A DNA stretch of 62,847 bases, filler included, from Stramenopiles sp. TOSAG23-2 (taxonomy: Eukaryota): assembly GCA_900128395.1 (NCBI GenBank). It is 2 parts of 2 records of this genome, joined end to end, with 100 filler letters (N's around TTAATTAATTAA, not from the genome) between each part and the next. Parts side by side here need not be neighbours in the genome. Positions count along the whole stretch, not along the records: positions 31,497 to 62,847 come from LT649372.1; 1 more part is not named here. One strand, 5' to 3'. The notes under the pieces are model-generated. The model ran no database searches, was not told the DNA's origin, and saw only the letters and a program-made list of their open reading frames with translations. The translations under genes and the position numbers were made by a program. Positions 42,613 through 52,159 of this stretch are shown one piece after another. Position 1 is the first letter of the stretch. Every line of letters starts with the position of its first letter.

Positions 42613-42732
42613 TACCACACAACTACGTCTTCATCATACCACACAACCACGTCTTCATCATACCACACAACCACATCTTCACCATACCACACAACCATGT
42701 CTTCACCATACCACACGACCACATCTTCATCA
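42613..42732. repeat. 24-bp minisatellite, 5 units
   Basis: Units of consensus taccacacaaccacgtcttcatca start at 42613, 42637, 42661, 42685 and 42709. Confidence 0.92.
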
Positions 42733-42733
42733 T

Positions 42734-42999
42734 ACTTCTCGACTATTACTACGGGTACTGGGTGAACATGTCCTGTCAAGTGCTGCACAGGTAGCGACAC
42801 GATGCGATACACACAACACACCACACATTGCAACTGCATATTACTTTATGCTTACTGCGTTGACAACATTAAAAGTATTACTGATATTCAACACATTAAC
42901 TCAAGGTTAAACGTTGCCGATATCTTTACAAAAGCAATATCTAGTGAGCTACAACAAAGACATGCAATTATGTTGTGGGACAGTATATGCAACACATAA
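42734..42999 (+). mobile_element. degenerate Ty1/copia retrotransposon RNase H C-terminal relic
   Basis: RLLLRVLG...NTPHIATAYYF (compare copia RTKHI..RYHF), then a frameshift to IQHINSRLNVADIFTKAIS...RH (copia ADIFTK motif). Confidence 0.75.
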
Positions 43000-43278
43000 A
43001 GATAGTTAACTTTAATTGATAAATAAATAAATACTATCCATTTTAAGGTTTTCGGATATGATTTTTGAGAAGAAGATCTAAGACGGCAATCCAGCAATAA
43101 TAACTCTGTTGTTCGATTTAGATTTGTTGTTGTTGTGTATTTATTATTTATATTGTTAGAATTGTTATTGTAATTAAAGATATGTGTGTTTGTGTGTTAC
43201 ATTTATATCTATAGATAGATAGATAGACAGATAGATATGAAAGGTTCGAAACATAACATCATATATATATAAATAATA

Positions 43279-44259
43279 ATGTTAAAATACCTCCCAAACA
43301 TTATAAAAAATAAATTACCACCATTTTTACACGGTGGTAAAAAGAAATTGGTGGTGCCTTTCATAAGAATGGAAGGCACAATTCAAGCTGGTGCAAGTGG
43401 TGGTCCTGGTGGAAACACTAGAATCAATCTAAACCGGTTCAATCCACTACTGGAAAAAGCTTTTAAATCTAAAGCACCAGCTGTAGTGCTAGTAATAAAT
43501 TCTCCTGGTGGATCACCTGTTCAAAGTAGTTTAATTTACAAACAATTGGTCAATTTAAAACACAAACACAATAAAAAATTACACATTTTTGTTGAAGACG
43601 TATGTGCAAGTGGTGGGATGTATATAGCTGCTGCTGGTGATGATATTATAGTTGATGAAAGTAGTATTGTAGGATCTGTTGGTGTAATTAGTCAAACATT
43701 TGGTGCAAAAGAATTGATTGATAAAGTTGGTTTGGAACCAAGATTGCTAACAGCAGGGCGTGTCAAATCACAAAATAATATGTTTGAAGATGTTAAAGTT
43801 GAAGATCAACAACGGACACAAACAATAATTTCAAATTTACATACTAACTTTATTGATATTGTAAAAGAAGGACGTAAAGATAAATTAAATTATGATTTGG
43901 CAATGCAATTTGCAAAAGAAGCTAATGATGAAATTGATGTATCCAAAGGCGATGGATTATTTGATGGTTCATATTATGAAGGAAATCGTGCTGTAATGGT
44001 TGGATTTGCTGATGAAATTGCACAAAGTTCAATGGAAAATTGGTTGCAAGAAAAATACGGCGGAACAGAAAAAGGTGATGATGACCAAGAAATCAATGTA
44101 GTTGCAAAACAAATCAAAAGTCCAGGGTTTCCATCATTTCTTCCATTTAGTTCAAATATGATGATAAATATGGATGGTGTTGCTGATCAAGTTGCTGATA
44201 GTTTATGTGAAAAAGTGAAAGATGATATGATATGGTCAAAATATAAAATAATGGCTTAA
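43279..44259 (+). CDS. S49 family peptidase (SppA-like)
   Basis: INSPGGSPVQS, EDVCASGGMYIA, SIVGSVGV, TAGRVK and FIDIVKEGR motifs. Confidence 0.93.
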   Translation: MLKYLPNIIKNKLPPFLHGGKKKLVVPFIRMEGTIQAGASGGPGGNTRINLNRFNPLLEKAFKSKAPAVVLVINSPGGSPVQSSLIYKQLVNLKHKHNKKLHIFVEDVCASGGMYIAAAGDDIIVDESSIVGSVGVISQTFGAKELIDKVGLEPRLLTAGRVKSQNNMFEDVKVEDQQRTQTIISNLHTNFIDIVKEGRKDKLNYDLAMQFAKEANDEIDVSKGDGLFDGSYYEGNRAVMVGFADEIAQSSMENWLQEKYGGTEKGDDDQEINVVAKQIKSPGFPSFLPFSSNMMINMDGVADQVADSLCEKVKDDMIWSKYKIMA

Positions 44260-44445
44260 AAAAAAGGAAGAGATAGGTGTGTGTGTGTGTTGTGAAATAA
44301 TAATATCTCAAGATATACTTCGTATGATAATATATATTTTTGAAATTGTATATATATATACGTACGTATCACTTTTGAAATTTGTAAAATAAAAAGTACG
44401 ACGTACGAAGTACGTATCATAGAAAAAAATTATTTTATTATATTA

Positions 44446-46044
44446 TTAATAATAATACTCCTCCTCCTCATCATCATCACCTCCACCAACATCAATTGTA
44501 TCCTCGCCAATATCAATTGGTAACCTTCGTGATGGTGGATATGGCATATTACCACTTCGTGGATCAATTGGCCATGGCGTAACATCACTTGTAAACATAT
44601 ACCATTCAAATATTTGTTGTTTCAAATTGGTTATAATATCTTTATACGATATATCATTATTATAATATACATTATGTAATTCTTTTGGATCTTTTGTAAG
44701 ATCATACAATTCATTAAAATGTTGTGGACTTGTTGGATCCGTTCTTATAATTAATTTATATTTCATTGTACGTATACTAACTGCTCTGCAAACTGATAAA
44801 GGTTTTTCTTGTTGTTGCAATAACTTGGGATAATAAATATTGCCTTCTGATGGTACCCCTCCATTTATTGGATTTCCTTCAAAATCACGTGGTTCATTTG
44901 TACTGTACCCACCTTCACTAAATACAGCACGATTTGGATCACCAGTTGCACCAAATAATTGTGCTTTCAACGACTTTCCAAACTGGACATGCTTTAATTT
45001 TATATCAGCAATATCAAGCATTGTGGGTACAATGTCATACAATTGTACTAATTCATTTACAACATGTCCTTCTGTACCACCTGGTGTTCTAATTATTAAA
45101 GGAACTCGTGTTAAAACATCTTCTAAACCACTTGGCCATTTTTCAACTAATCCATAATCACCTGCATAGTCACCATGATCAGCAAATACACTTATTGTTG
45201 TTGAATCTTCAAAACCATTTACTTTTACAGCTTCTAGTAATAAACCAAATAAAAAATCACTATATGTTATTGAACCTAAATATACACTATGTAATTTTCT
45301 AAAAAACTTATCTGTCAATGATGTCATATTACGATATTGTCGAATTAATTGATAATAATCTGGTTTATTTTTCAAATTGGATGGACGTAAATTTGTAATT
45401 GTCTCTGGATCAATTGTACTATAAAATGGTTCCGGTACTGAATACGGTGGATGTGGTTTTGTTAAAGGTAAAAAGATAAAAAATGGTTCGGTTGTTGGAC
45501 CAGAATTCAAAAAATTTATCGCTTTGATGACATTATTATAATCTCGTGTGGTGTTGTAATGGCCTGGGTATGGACCATACAAGAAAGAATAATATTCTGG
45601 ATCTTCCATTTTATATGGATTTTTACCATTTAATTTGCCAGTTGACTGTGATGCTTTCGAAACACTTTTTTCAAAACTATCATATGCTAATAAATCATTT
45701 TTTCCATGCCAAAGCACAGTGTAATTTAATTCTTTAAAATACTTTAAAAGATTTGGTTCCCAATCATGTAATAAACTCCACAATGTTCTATGACCACGTA
45801 CATGTGTTGGCCACCCTGTCATAAATGCAACGCGACTTTGTGTGCAAACAGTATAAGAGACATGTGCTTGTTGAAAGCGTGTTGCTGTTTTTGCAAATGC
45901 ATCAAAGTTTGGTGTTTTAGTTATTTTATTGCCGTAACAACCAAGGGACTCTGCCCTCATTTCATCAGGTTGATAAAAAATAAAATTTTTATTTCCACAT
46001 GTACTTTTTACAAAAAAGCATAATATTAAAATAAGTTTAAACAT
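44446..46044 (-). CDS. secreted sulfatase (formylglycine-dependent family)
   Basis: Signal peptide; DEMRA, CTQSR..FMTG, GKND, PHPPY, ADHGD, EKW and ELYDL..DP.E motifs. Confidence 0.92.
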   Translation of the reverse strand: MFKLILILCFFVKSTCGNKNFIFYQPDEMRAESLGCYGNKITKTPNFDAFAKTATRFQQAHVSYTVCTQSRVAFMTGWPTHVRGHRTLWSLLHDWEPNLLKYFKELNYTVLWHGKNDLLAYDSFEKSVSKASQSTGKLNGKNPYKMEDPEYYSFLYGPYPGHYNTTRDYNNVIKAINFLNSGPTTEPFFIFLPLTKPHPPYSVPEPFYSTIDPETITNLRPSNLKNKPDYYQLIRQYRNMTSLTDKFFRKLHSVYLGSITYSDFLFGLLLEAVKVNGFEDSTTISVFADHGDYAGDYGLVEKWPSGLEDVLTRVPLIIRTPGGTEGHVVNELVQLYDIVPTMLDIADIKLKHVQFGKSLKAQLFGATGDPNRAVFSEGGYSTNEPRDFEGNPINGGVPSEGNIYYPKLLQQQEKPLSVCRAVSIRTMKYKLIIRTDPTSPQHFNELYDLTKDPKELHNVYYNNDISYKDIITNLKQQIFEWYMFTSDVTPWPIDPRSGNMPYPPSRRLPIDIGEDTIDVGGGDDDEEEEYYY

Positions 46045-46585
46045 TATATCAATAATAATACATACGTATATGTAGATCTATTATTAAATCTATCTTTTTT
46101 CCAAATCAATGCAATAAATATATACATTATACATGTATCCGGATATATATATATATATATTTATTATTTGAATTTCATATTCGGGGCTCTCTATTTATTC
46201 ATTATTTTTTTATCCCAAGAAAACTACCTTAAACCAATCGAAAGTCGCGATTTGATATAGGGTTTGATTTTGGGTCTAACAATATTGTTTAGATGATTAA
46301 GTACAATTTCCAGATATTATAACACTTGATAAATCAACATAAAAAACCCGACTTTTGAGAAGAGTGGCCAAGGTTGCCATAGAATGATGATGAAAGAAGA
46401 AAATGAATTTTGTATGTATTTATTGGGAATAAATATTTATACAAGCATTGATGATTGGAGAGAATGGGAGAAACATAATTAACAAACAATATATATATAT
46501 ATATATATATATTTAATGTACATAGAATTGTTGATATAAGCTAATATAAACATATAGGAAATATATTATATACAACAATCAAACA

Positions 46586-49500
46586 ATGTTCATGTCACAG
46601 CAAAAATCAACTGCCTTGGATATGGCACATACCATTGAAGCTGATTTAAGATCATTATCAGTTGCTGCGAGGAGACAATATCCAATGGTAAAAGAAGCTG
46701 CTGAACGTGGTATTATACGGTTACGAGCACAAAAAGCAGCACTTCATCGTAGAATACGGCAGAATACTACACATAAATCACAAGGTAATTCCTCTGATGA
46801 TGTGGACGATGAATCGTCATCTTTTAGAGTAGGTGGAGATGTCTTAAATCCATTTGTATTAGCGTGTAATCATGGAAATGCTAGTATTGATTTATTATCT
46901 CTATCCATAAGTGCGATACAACGATTATTAAACCATGATTGTGTTGAACGAGAAGATTTTCCTAATATCATGCGAGTGTTGCGGATACAAGCATTAAGTC
47001 AACAACAAGAGGTTTTATTGAAAGCGCTGCAAACACTGCCGCTAATAACCGCGCCAAAACGATTTGATGTACCAGAAGACGTTATAAAACAATTATTTTC
47101 CATAGCGTTTGATTTATTTGCGTCTGAGAAACCAATAATACATCATACAGCATCAGCAACTTTGCAACAAATGGTTACGTTAATTTTTGATCGTGTAGAG
47201 GAAAGGATATTGATAAATTTAAATAGTGAAAACAGTGACAGGGAGTTAACATCTGTAAAGGAAGATGATGATCGGGATCGTAGAATTAAAGTCGAAAGGG
47301 CTGCTGCATTAGGTAGAAGAGCTACAATGGCACCAGCACCAGTTGGTCTAGCTGGAAATTGTCGACATGCATATTTATTGTTTCAAGATTTTTGTTTACT
47401 TGCAAAAGCAGATCGTCCTATTTGGGTAAAAGATGGTGCTACCATAAGCAAGACATTGGCATTAGAAGTTATCAGTACATTATTATCAGCAAACACGAAG
47501 TTATTTCATTCTTCCAATGAATTTGCTGAATTGCTAAAACAACATGTATGTCCATTAGTAATTGAAACATTACAAGATCAGGTAAATAATGACAATTTTC
47601 CAATTTATGTACGTACATTGAATATTTCAAAATCTTTAATCATCAATCATTATAATTTTTTGCAAATTGAGATTGAATTGCTTTTTACAGAAATTTTATC
47701 TTTATTATCGGCGGATAAAATCAATGTAGATGTCGAAAATGCAAACAATATTTCCTCTGAAGTAAATGGTAGACAGAGACGTGGATCATCATCCAGTGAT
47801 ATAGTACTAGATGAAGAAATATCCAAATCAAAACCTTCATCTTGGCGATATGCATTGGCGTTAGAAATTTTAGTTGACATTAATAACGAGACAAATATAA
47901 TGCATTATGTTTACAAGCATTATGATTGTATTGAAAATGTAGCAAATTTATATTCATTAATATTAGATGGTTTATCATTTTTTATAACAAATTCATTTGA
48001 TGGAGTGTTTGCACATTTACAAAAGGATTCATATTTAGAGGATATAGATGAATCACCAAAAATTTCATCGAAAAATAGAAAAGTAAAGCGAAATATTAGT
48101 AGTAACAGCAATGGTGTAGATAATAGTAGTGGTAGGGATGAAGTAAATCCATATGTATGGTCTTGTGAAACATTAGCACAAAATCTAGATATCATTTCTT
48201 CACGAAAAAACAACGCTTCACCAAAACGTCAGCTAAAAATGTATAATAATAATAATAATAGAGGAAGTAATAAAAAAATATTAAATGCAATGCATGATAC
48301 CAAAGTACCAGAAATTAGTTTAGCACAATTAGTTTGGCATGCATATGAATGTATATTGTCATTTGTAAATGGATTTAATGTAGATAGAGAAACATCTACA
48401 TTTACGAATATAAATACCCCACCGCGAAATGTAAATAATGCTTTAAATGTCATGGCAACACCAAGTGCATCATTGAGTGCAAATAAGGAAGGCCCAGATT
48501 TGATAAATGTGGCCTGGTGCCCATTGTTAACTTCATTAGAAAACATGTTGAAGGTATGCAATGATGTACATATTATTCGATCTGTGTTACGCGCATATCA
48601 AACGTTTATCAATGCATGTGGAATTGTAAAGGCAAAAAAACCTCGTGATTTATATTTGCATTCATTATGTAGCTTTGGTTTGCCACGGTTAAAATCAGTC
48701 GGTGATGTTGATAGTAATGCAAGTAAAATGGATGATGTACGCAAACGAAAAGTAAAATCGACAAGATTAATAACAACTCCAGGCGTGGAACTATCAGCAA
48801 AAAATGTGCAAACCCTTGAGGCTGTATTCAATATTGGACATTGTTTAGGAAGCATTTTAGGTTCATCTTGGCACATATTGCTTGAAACATGCGAGCAATT
48901 AGAATCAATTCTGTCTAGTTATAACGATGATGGTACTGTAAAAGCAAACATGCTGTTGCAGCAAGCGCAGGAAGAAGATCTTAAGAAAAAGCTAAAACGA
49001 GATAGAAGCGATGGAAGTTTAGATGGTAATAGTGATAATATGATTGGGAAAGACCATGTAACCATATTGCGCTTTGCCCTAGATCGTTTATTTGAAAGTT
49101 CCATTTATTTAGATGAAGATGGCTTAAAGCATATGATTCAATCATTAGGTGTATTAGCGATTGAATCGATGTCACGTGTTGAATTTGCATCCCCGCGAGA
49201 ATCTCCACTAACTATACCAAAGTTCAATAATTCAAGTGGTAAAAAAGGTGAAAATAGAGGTGGGTATGTATCGGCAGCATTTTCAACCATTTCTAGATTT
49301 GCTGGCCGTTCCAATAGCAATAATAATAGCAATAATAATAATAAAAAGATTGTCCGCAATAATGATGAAAATGACGAAGCATATGGTATATTCAATAAAG
49401 TTCCATTTGCTTGGAAAAAGTTAGTAACAACAACAGGTATAAACGTCGGCCGCTTAGACATCATATGGGAATTGGTTTCAGGACATTTAGAAACAATGTG

Positions 49501-51733
49501 TGCAAATAAGAACGATATGTTACGTGCATATGGGATGAAGTCGATGGAAAAGTTGATTTGTGAAGCACTGGCACATGTTGACAAAAGTAATGATAATGGG
49601 AACAATAATGCTGATGATAAGGATATTGGCTTGGATATAAGCAATATCGAGATTGATACTAGTGACACTCCATTGGCTATGCAAGTGACCTTATTGGAAT
49701 CGATTGAACAATGCTTTAAAAGTGGACGTAAAGATGTTCAAGAAAATGCAATGAATGCTATATATGAAATTATACAAAACTGTGGACATGTTTTGAAAGA
49801 TGGATGGGCAGTTTTATTAAAGCTGCTATCAAACGTTGCCACGGAGCATCCAGATCTTGTCTCTCTTGGTTTTAAAAGTGCCCAATTGATAGCTGATGAT
49901 TTTTTAGGCAAGTTAGAGTTAAACGTTGAAAAGTACTTCATAGATAATAATAACGATGACGATGACGACGGCGACGACGAAGAGGAACAGGGTGATAATA
50001 AACAAGAAGAAGAAGAAGAAAAAAAAGAGAAGGGGGGTGATATTGGATCATTTCTTCTTTGCATTAAGTGCTTGGCAGATTACGCCATGCAGTTAGCAGA
50101 TGTAAACATAAGTTTGACGGCAATTGGCACGCTTTGGGCTGTTGGTGATCATGCACGGCAACAAATGAATAATGACAGTAAAGTTGCCAATGCTATTTGG
50201 ATAATAGTATTAAAGCAACTAGAGCTATTATCGTTAAACGATAGAGCGCCTGTACGTAACTGTGCTTTGCAAACAATGTTTACAACTTTAGTTACACATG
50301 GTGAGTTTTTCTCAATGAAAACTTGGGGTAAATGCATCGCAGTTGACGGAATCGTATTTGGTGTTATGGATGGTATAGAACGAAAATGTACATTAGGTGA
50401 TAACGAAGAGAAAAATAGCAACAAAAAGAATGATGGTGAAGATGATTATATGATAGTACACCATTCAAGAGACACGACTGCAAAACAATGGAACGAAACC
50501 CGGGTCATAGCAATGAAAGAATTATCAAGGACAATCCGTTCCTTCTTTGCAAAATTGAATGATATGGAATTTTTTGGTATTATGTGGGCTGAGATATTAA
50601 ATATAGTTAGGCGCGGACTGTTGCTTGTAAGAGATGCATCGAATTCAGCAGATGCAGAAGTGCAACGTGAAGTAGTCATCGCATCAATTGTTTTTGTATC
50701 TGAATTAATGATTATTGCAAATAATACTTCGACGTTGTGGAATCCAACGTGGATGACGCTATGTGAATTTGGGATAAAAGAAGATTTTAAGTATGACCAG
50801 GAGGAGGAATTAAGTAGATGTATTGTACGATCATTAGCTTCATTGTGGCAAAAAACATTTGAAGATGATACAACATCTACACCATTGCAAACAGTTGCTG
50901 GGCAACAAGCATTTTTAGAGTATATTTTTCTTATTTTAAATAATAGAGTCAAAGTGGAAGGCAGATACAAACACGCAAAGTCACCAGCTGAGCGCGAATA
51001 TATGGAATTTATACGTGAAATTCTTCTACCATCAGCAGCGAATGATAGTAATGATAAATGGTTAATCAATTTTACTTTTGAACAATTATTACAATTGTGC
51101 AACAATGCAAATTCAAATTCAATCTTTGTGATAGATATCATTGGTATAATAGTAGATATGCGTGGAAAAGTAGTTGATGGTGATGACAAAGTATTATTGA
51201 CTCTGTTTAATATAGTAAAACGAGCTGTAGATAAGGATGACGAAGCTTCATTGTTTAAAGCAGCAACAAAATCTATATTGGAATTCGTTCTGCCATCCGT
51301 AAATGATGCAAAAAATAATGAAAAAGAAGATATTTGGAGTACCTCTTGGTTAACAATATTAAACTCGATGTTTTATATTTGTTTAAAATCAAACACAGAT
51401 ATTGCAGGTTTATTTATTGAACGTGTTGTTGGATACGCAACATGTGATGTTGCACCTTCATCATTTACAGACCAGGTAGTGATAAAATTGAAAACAGCAG
51501 CAAAGAAAAACAATGAATCGTTTCATCGTGAAACGTGTATACGGCATTTATTTACTTTAGGAATTGGTGAGAACGATAGCGATATGGTCATTGAACGTTG
51601 TGAAGAATTACTTGAAAAATACAAAAATCAACAAGGTAATGATTCTGGTGAAAATAAAATTGTCACCGAAGCAGATTTAGTGTTGAGCATGGAAAGTTTG
51701 TTAAAGGTGACAAAGAAATTATTGGAGAAGTAA
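46586..51733 (+). CDS. MON2: MON2 homolog (Arf-GEF-like endosome/Golgi scaffold)
   Basis: N-terminal EADLRSLS..ARR.YP.VKEAAE (DCB), HCLGSILGSSW..LLET, DVNISLTAIG.LW, VRNCALQT.F and HHSRDT.AKQWNET signatures. Confidence 0.92.
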   Translation: MFMSQQKSTALDMAHTIEADLRSLSVAARRQYPMVKEAAERGIIRLRAQKAALHRRIRQNTTHKSQGNSSDDVDDESSSFRVGGDVLNPFVLACNHGNASIDLLSLSISAIQRLLNHDCVEREDFPNIMRVLRIQALSQQQEVLLKALQTLPLITAPKRFDVPEDVIKQLFSIAFDLFASEKPIIHHTASATLQQMVTLIFDRVEERILINLNSENSDRELTSVKEDDDRDRRIKVERAAALGRRATMAPAPVGLAGNCRHAYLLFQDFCLLAKADRPIWVKDGATISKTLALEVISTLLSANTKLFHSSNEFAELLKQHVCPLVIETLQDQVNNDNFPIYVRTLNISKSLIINHYNFLQIEIELLFTEILSLLSADKINVDVENANNISSEVNGRQRRGSSSSDIVLDEEISKSKPSSWRYALALEILVDINNETNIMHYVYKHYDCIENVANLYSLILDGLSFFITNSFDGVFAHLQKDSYLEDIDESPKISSKNRKVKRNISSNSNGVDNSSGRDEVNPYVWSCETLAQNLDIISSRKNNASPKRQLKMYNNNNNRGSNKKILNAMHDTKVPEISLAQLVWHAYECILSFVNGFNVDRETSTFTNINTPPRNVNNALNVMATPSASLSANKEGPDLINVAWCPLLTSLENMLKVCNDVHIIRSVLRAYQTFINACGIVKAKKPRDLYLHSLCSFGLPRLKSVGDVDSNASKMDDVRKRKVKSTRLITTPGVELSAKNVQTLEAVFNIGHCLGSILGSSWHILLETCEQLESILSSYNDDGTVKANMLLQQAQEEDLKKKLKRDRSDGSLDGNSDNMIGKDHVTILRFALDRLFESSIYLDEDGLKHMIQSLGVLAIESMSRVEFASPRESPLTIPKFNNSSGKKGENRGGYVSAAFSTISRFAGRSNSNNNSNNNNKKIVRNNDENDEAYGIFNKVPFAWKKLVTTTGINVGRLDIIWELVSGHLETMCANKNDMLRAYGMKSMEKLICEALAHVDKSNDNGNNNADDKDIGLDISNIEIDTSDTPLAMQVTLLESIEQCFKSGRKDVQENAMNAIYEIIQNCGHVLKDGWAVLLKLLSNVATEHPDLVSLGFKSAQLIADDFLGKLELNVEKYFIDNNNDDDDDGDDEEEQGDNKQEEEEEKKEKGGDIGSFLLCIKCLADYAMQLADVNISLTAIGTLWAVGDHARQQMNNDSKVANAIWIIVLKQLELLSLNDRAPVRNCALQTMFTTLVTHGEFFSMKTWGKCIAVDGIVFGVMDGIERKCTLGDNEEKNSNKKNDGEDDYMIVHHSRDTTAKQWNETRVIAMKELSRTIRSFFAKLNDMEFFGIMWAEILNIVRRGLLLVRDASNSADAEVQREVVIASIVFVSELMIIANNTSTLWNPTWMTLCEFGIKEDFKYDQEEELSRCIVRSLASLWQKTFEDDTTSTPLQTVAGQQAFLEYIFLILNNRVKVEGRYKHAKSPAEREYMEFIREILLPSAANDSNDKWLINFTFEQLLQLCNNANSNSIFVIDIIGIIVDMRGKVVDGDDKVLLTLFNIVKRAVDKDDEASLFKAATKSILEFVLPSVNDAKNNEKEDIWSTSWLTILNSMFYICLKSNTDIAGLFIERVVGYATCDVAPSSFTDQVVIKLKTAAKKNNESFHRETCIRHLFTLGIGENDSDMVIERCEELLEKYKNQQGNDSGENKIVTEADLVLSMESLLKVTKKLLEK

Positions 51734-52159
51734 AATATTTTCATTTAATATACGCGTACGAGACATCTCATTTGGTATTTCGTGTGGTACCATGATAGTA
51801 TTTTTTTTTTAAAGAAGAGTATGATATGATACCAGATCATACTTTTGTACGCGCACGTAATTTTTTAATATTATTTGTTTTTGTACGTAAAAAATTGCGT
51901 TTGTAAATACTTTCTCGTCTTAATTTTTATTTACACCGTAATCTCGCAGCTGCTCTCCTTTTTTTTTACACAAAAAATATCATACGCCTCTCTCTTGTTT
52001 CAAAATTAAATACTCGTACATATTAGTTTGCAGAGGTGCATTAGAGCTTTATTATATAGTAGGATAGAATATTATTCTTGCGATTGAGTATAATTGGGCA
52101 TATTGCTAAACACGAGAAGTGTAAAATTATTATAACTTAAATTTTAACCATCATTAAAA

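Noticed and set aside
42613-42732. 24-bp repeat array as a possible CRISPR or His/Thr-rich protein
   Set aside because: Units are head-to-tail with no unique spacers, the context is eukaryotic with no cas genes, and the overlapping ORFs are by-products of the repeat.
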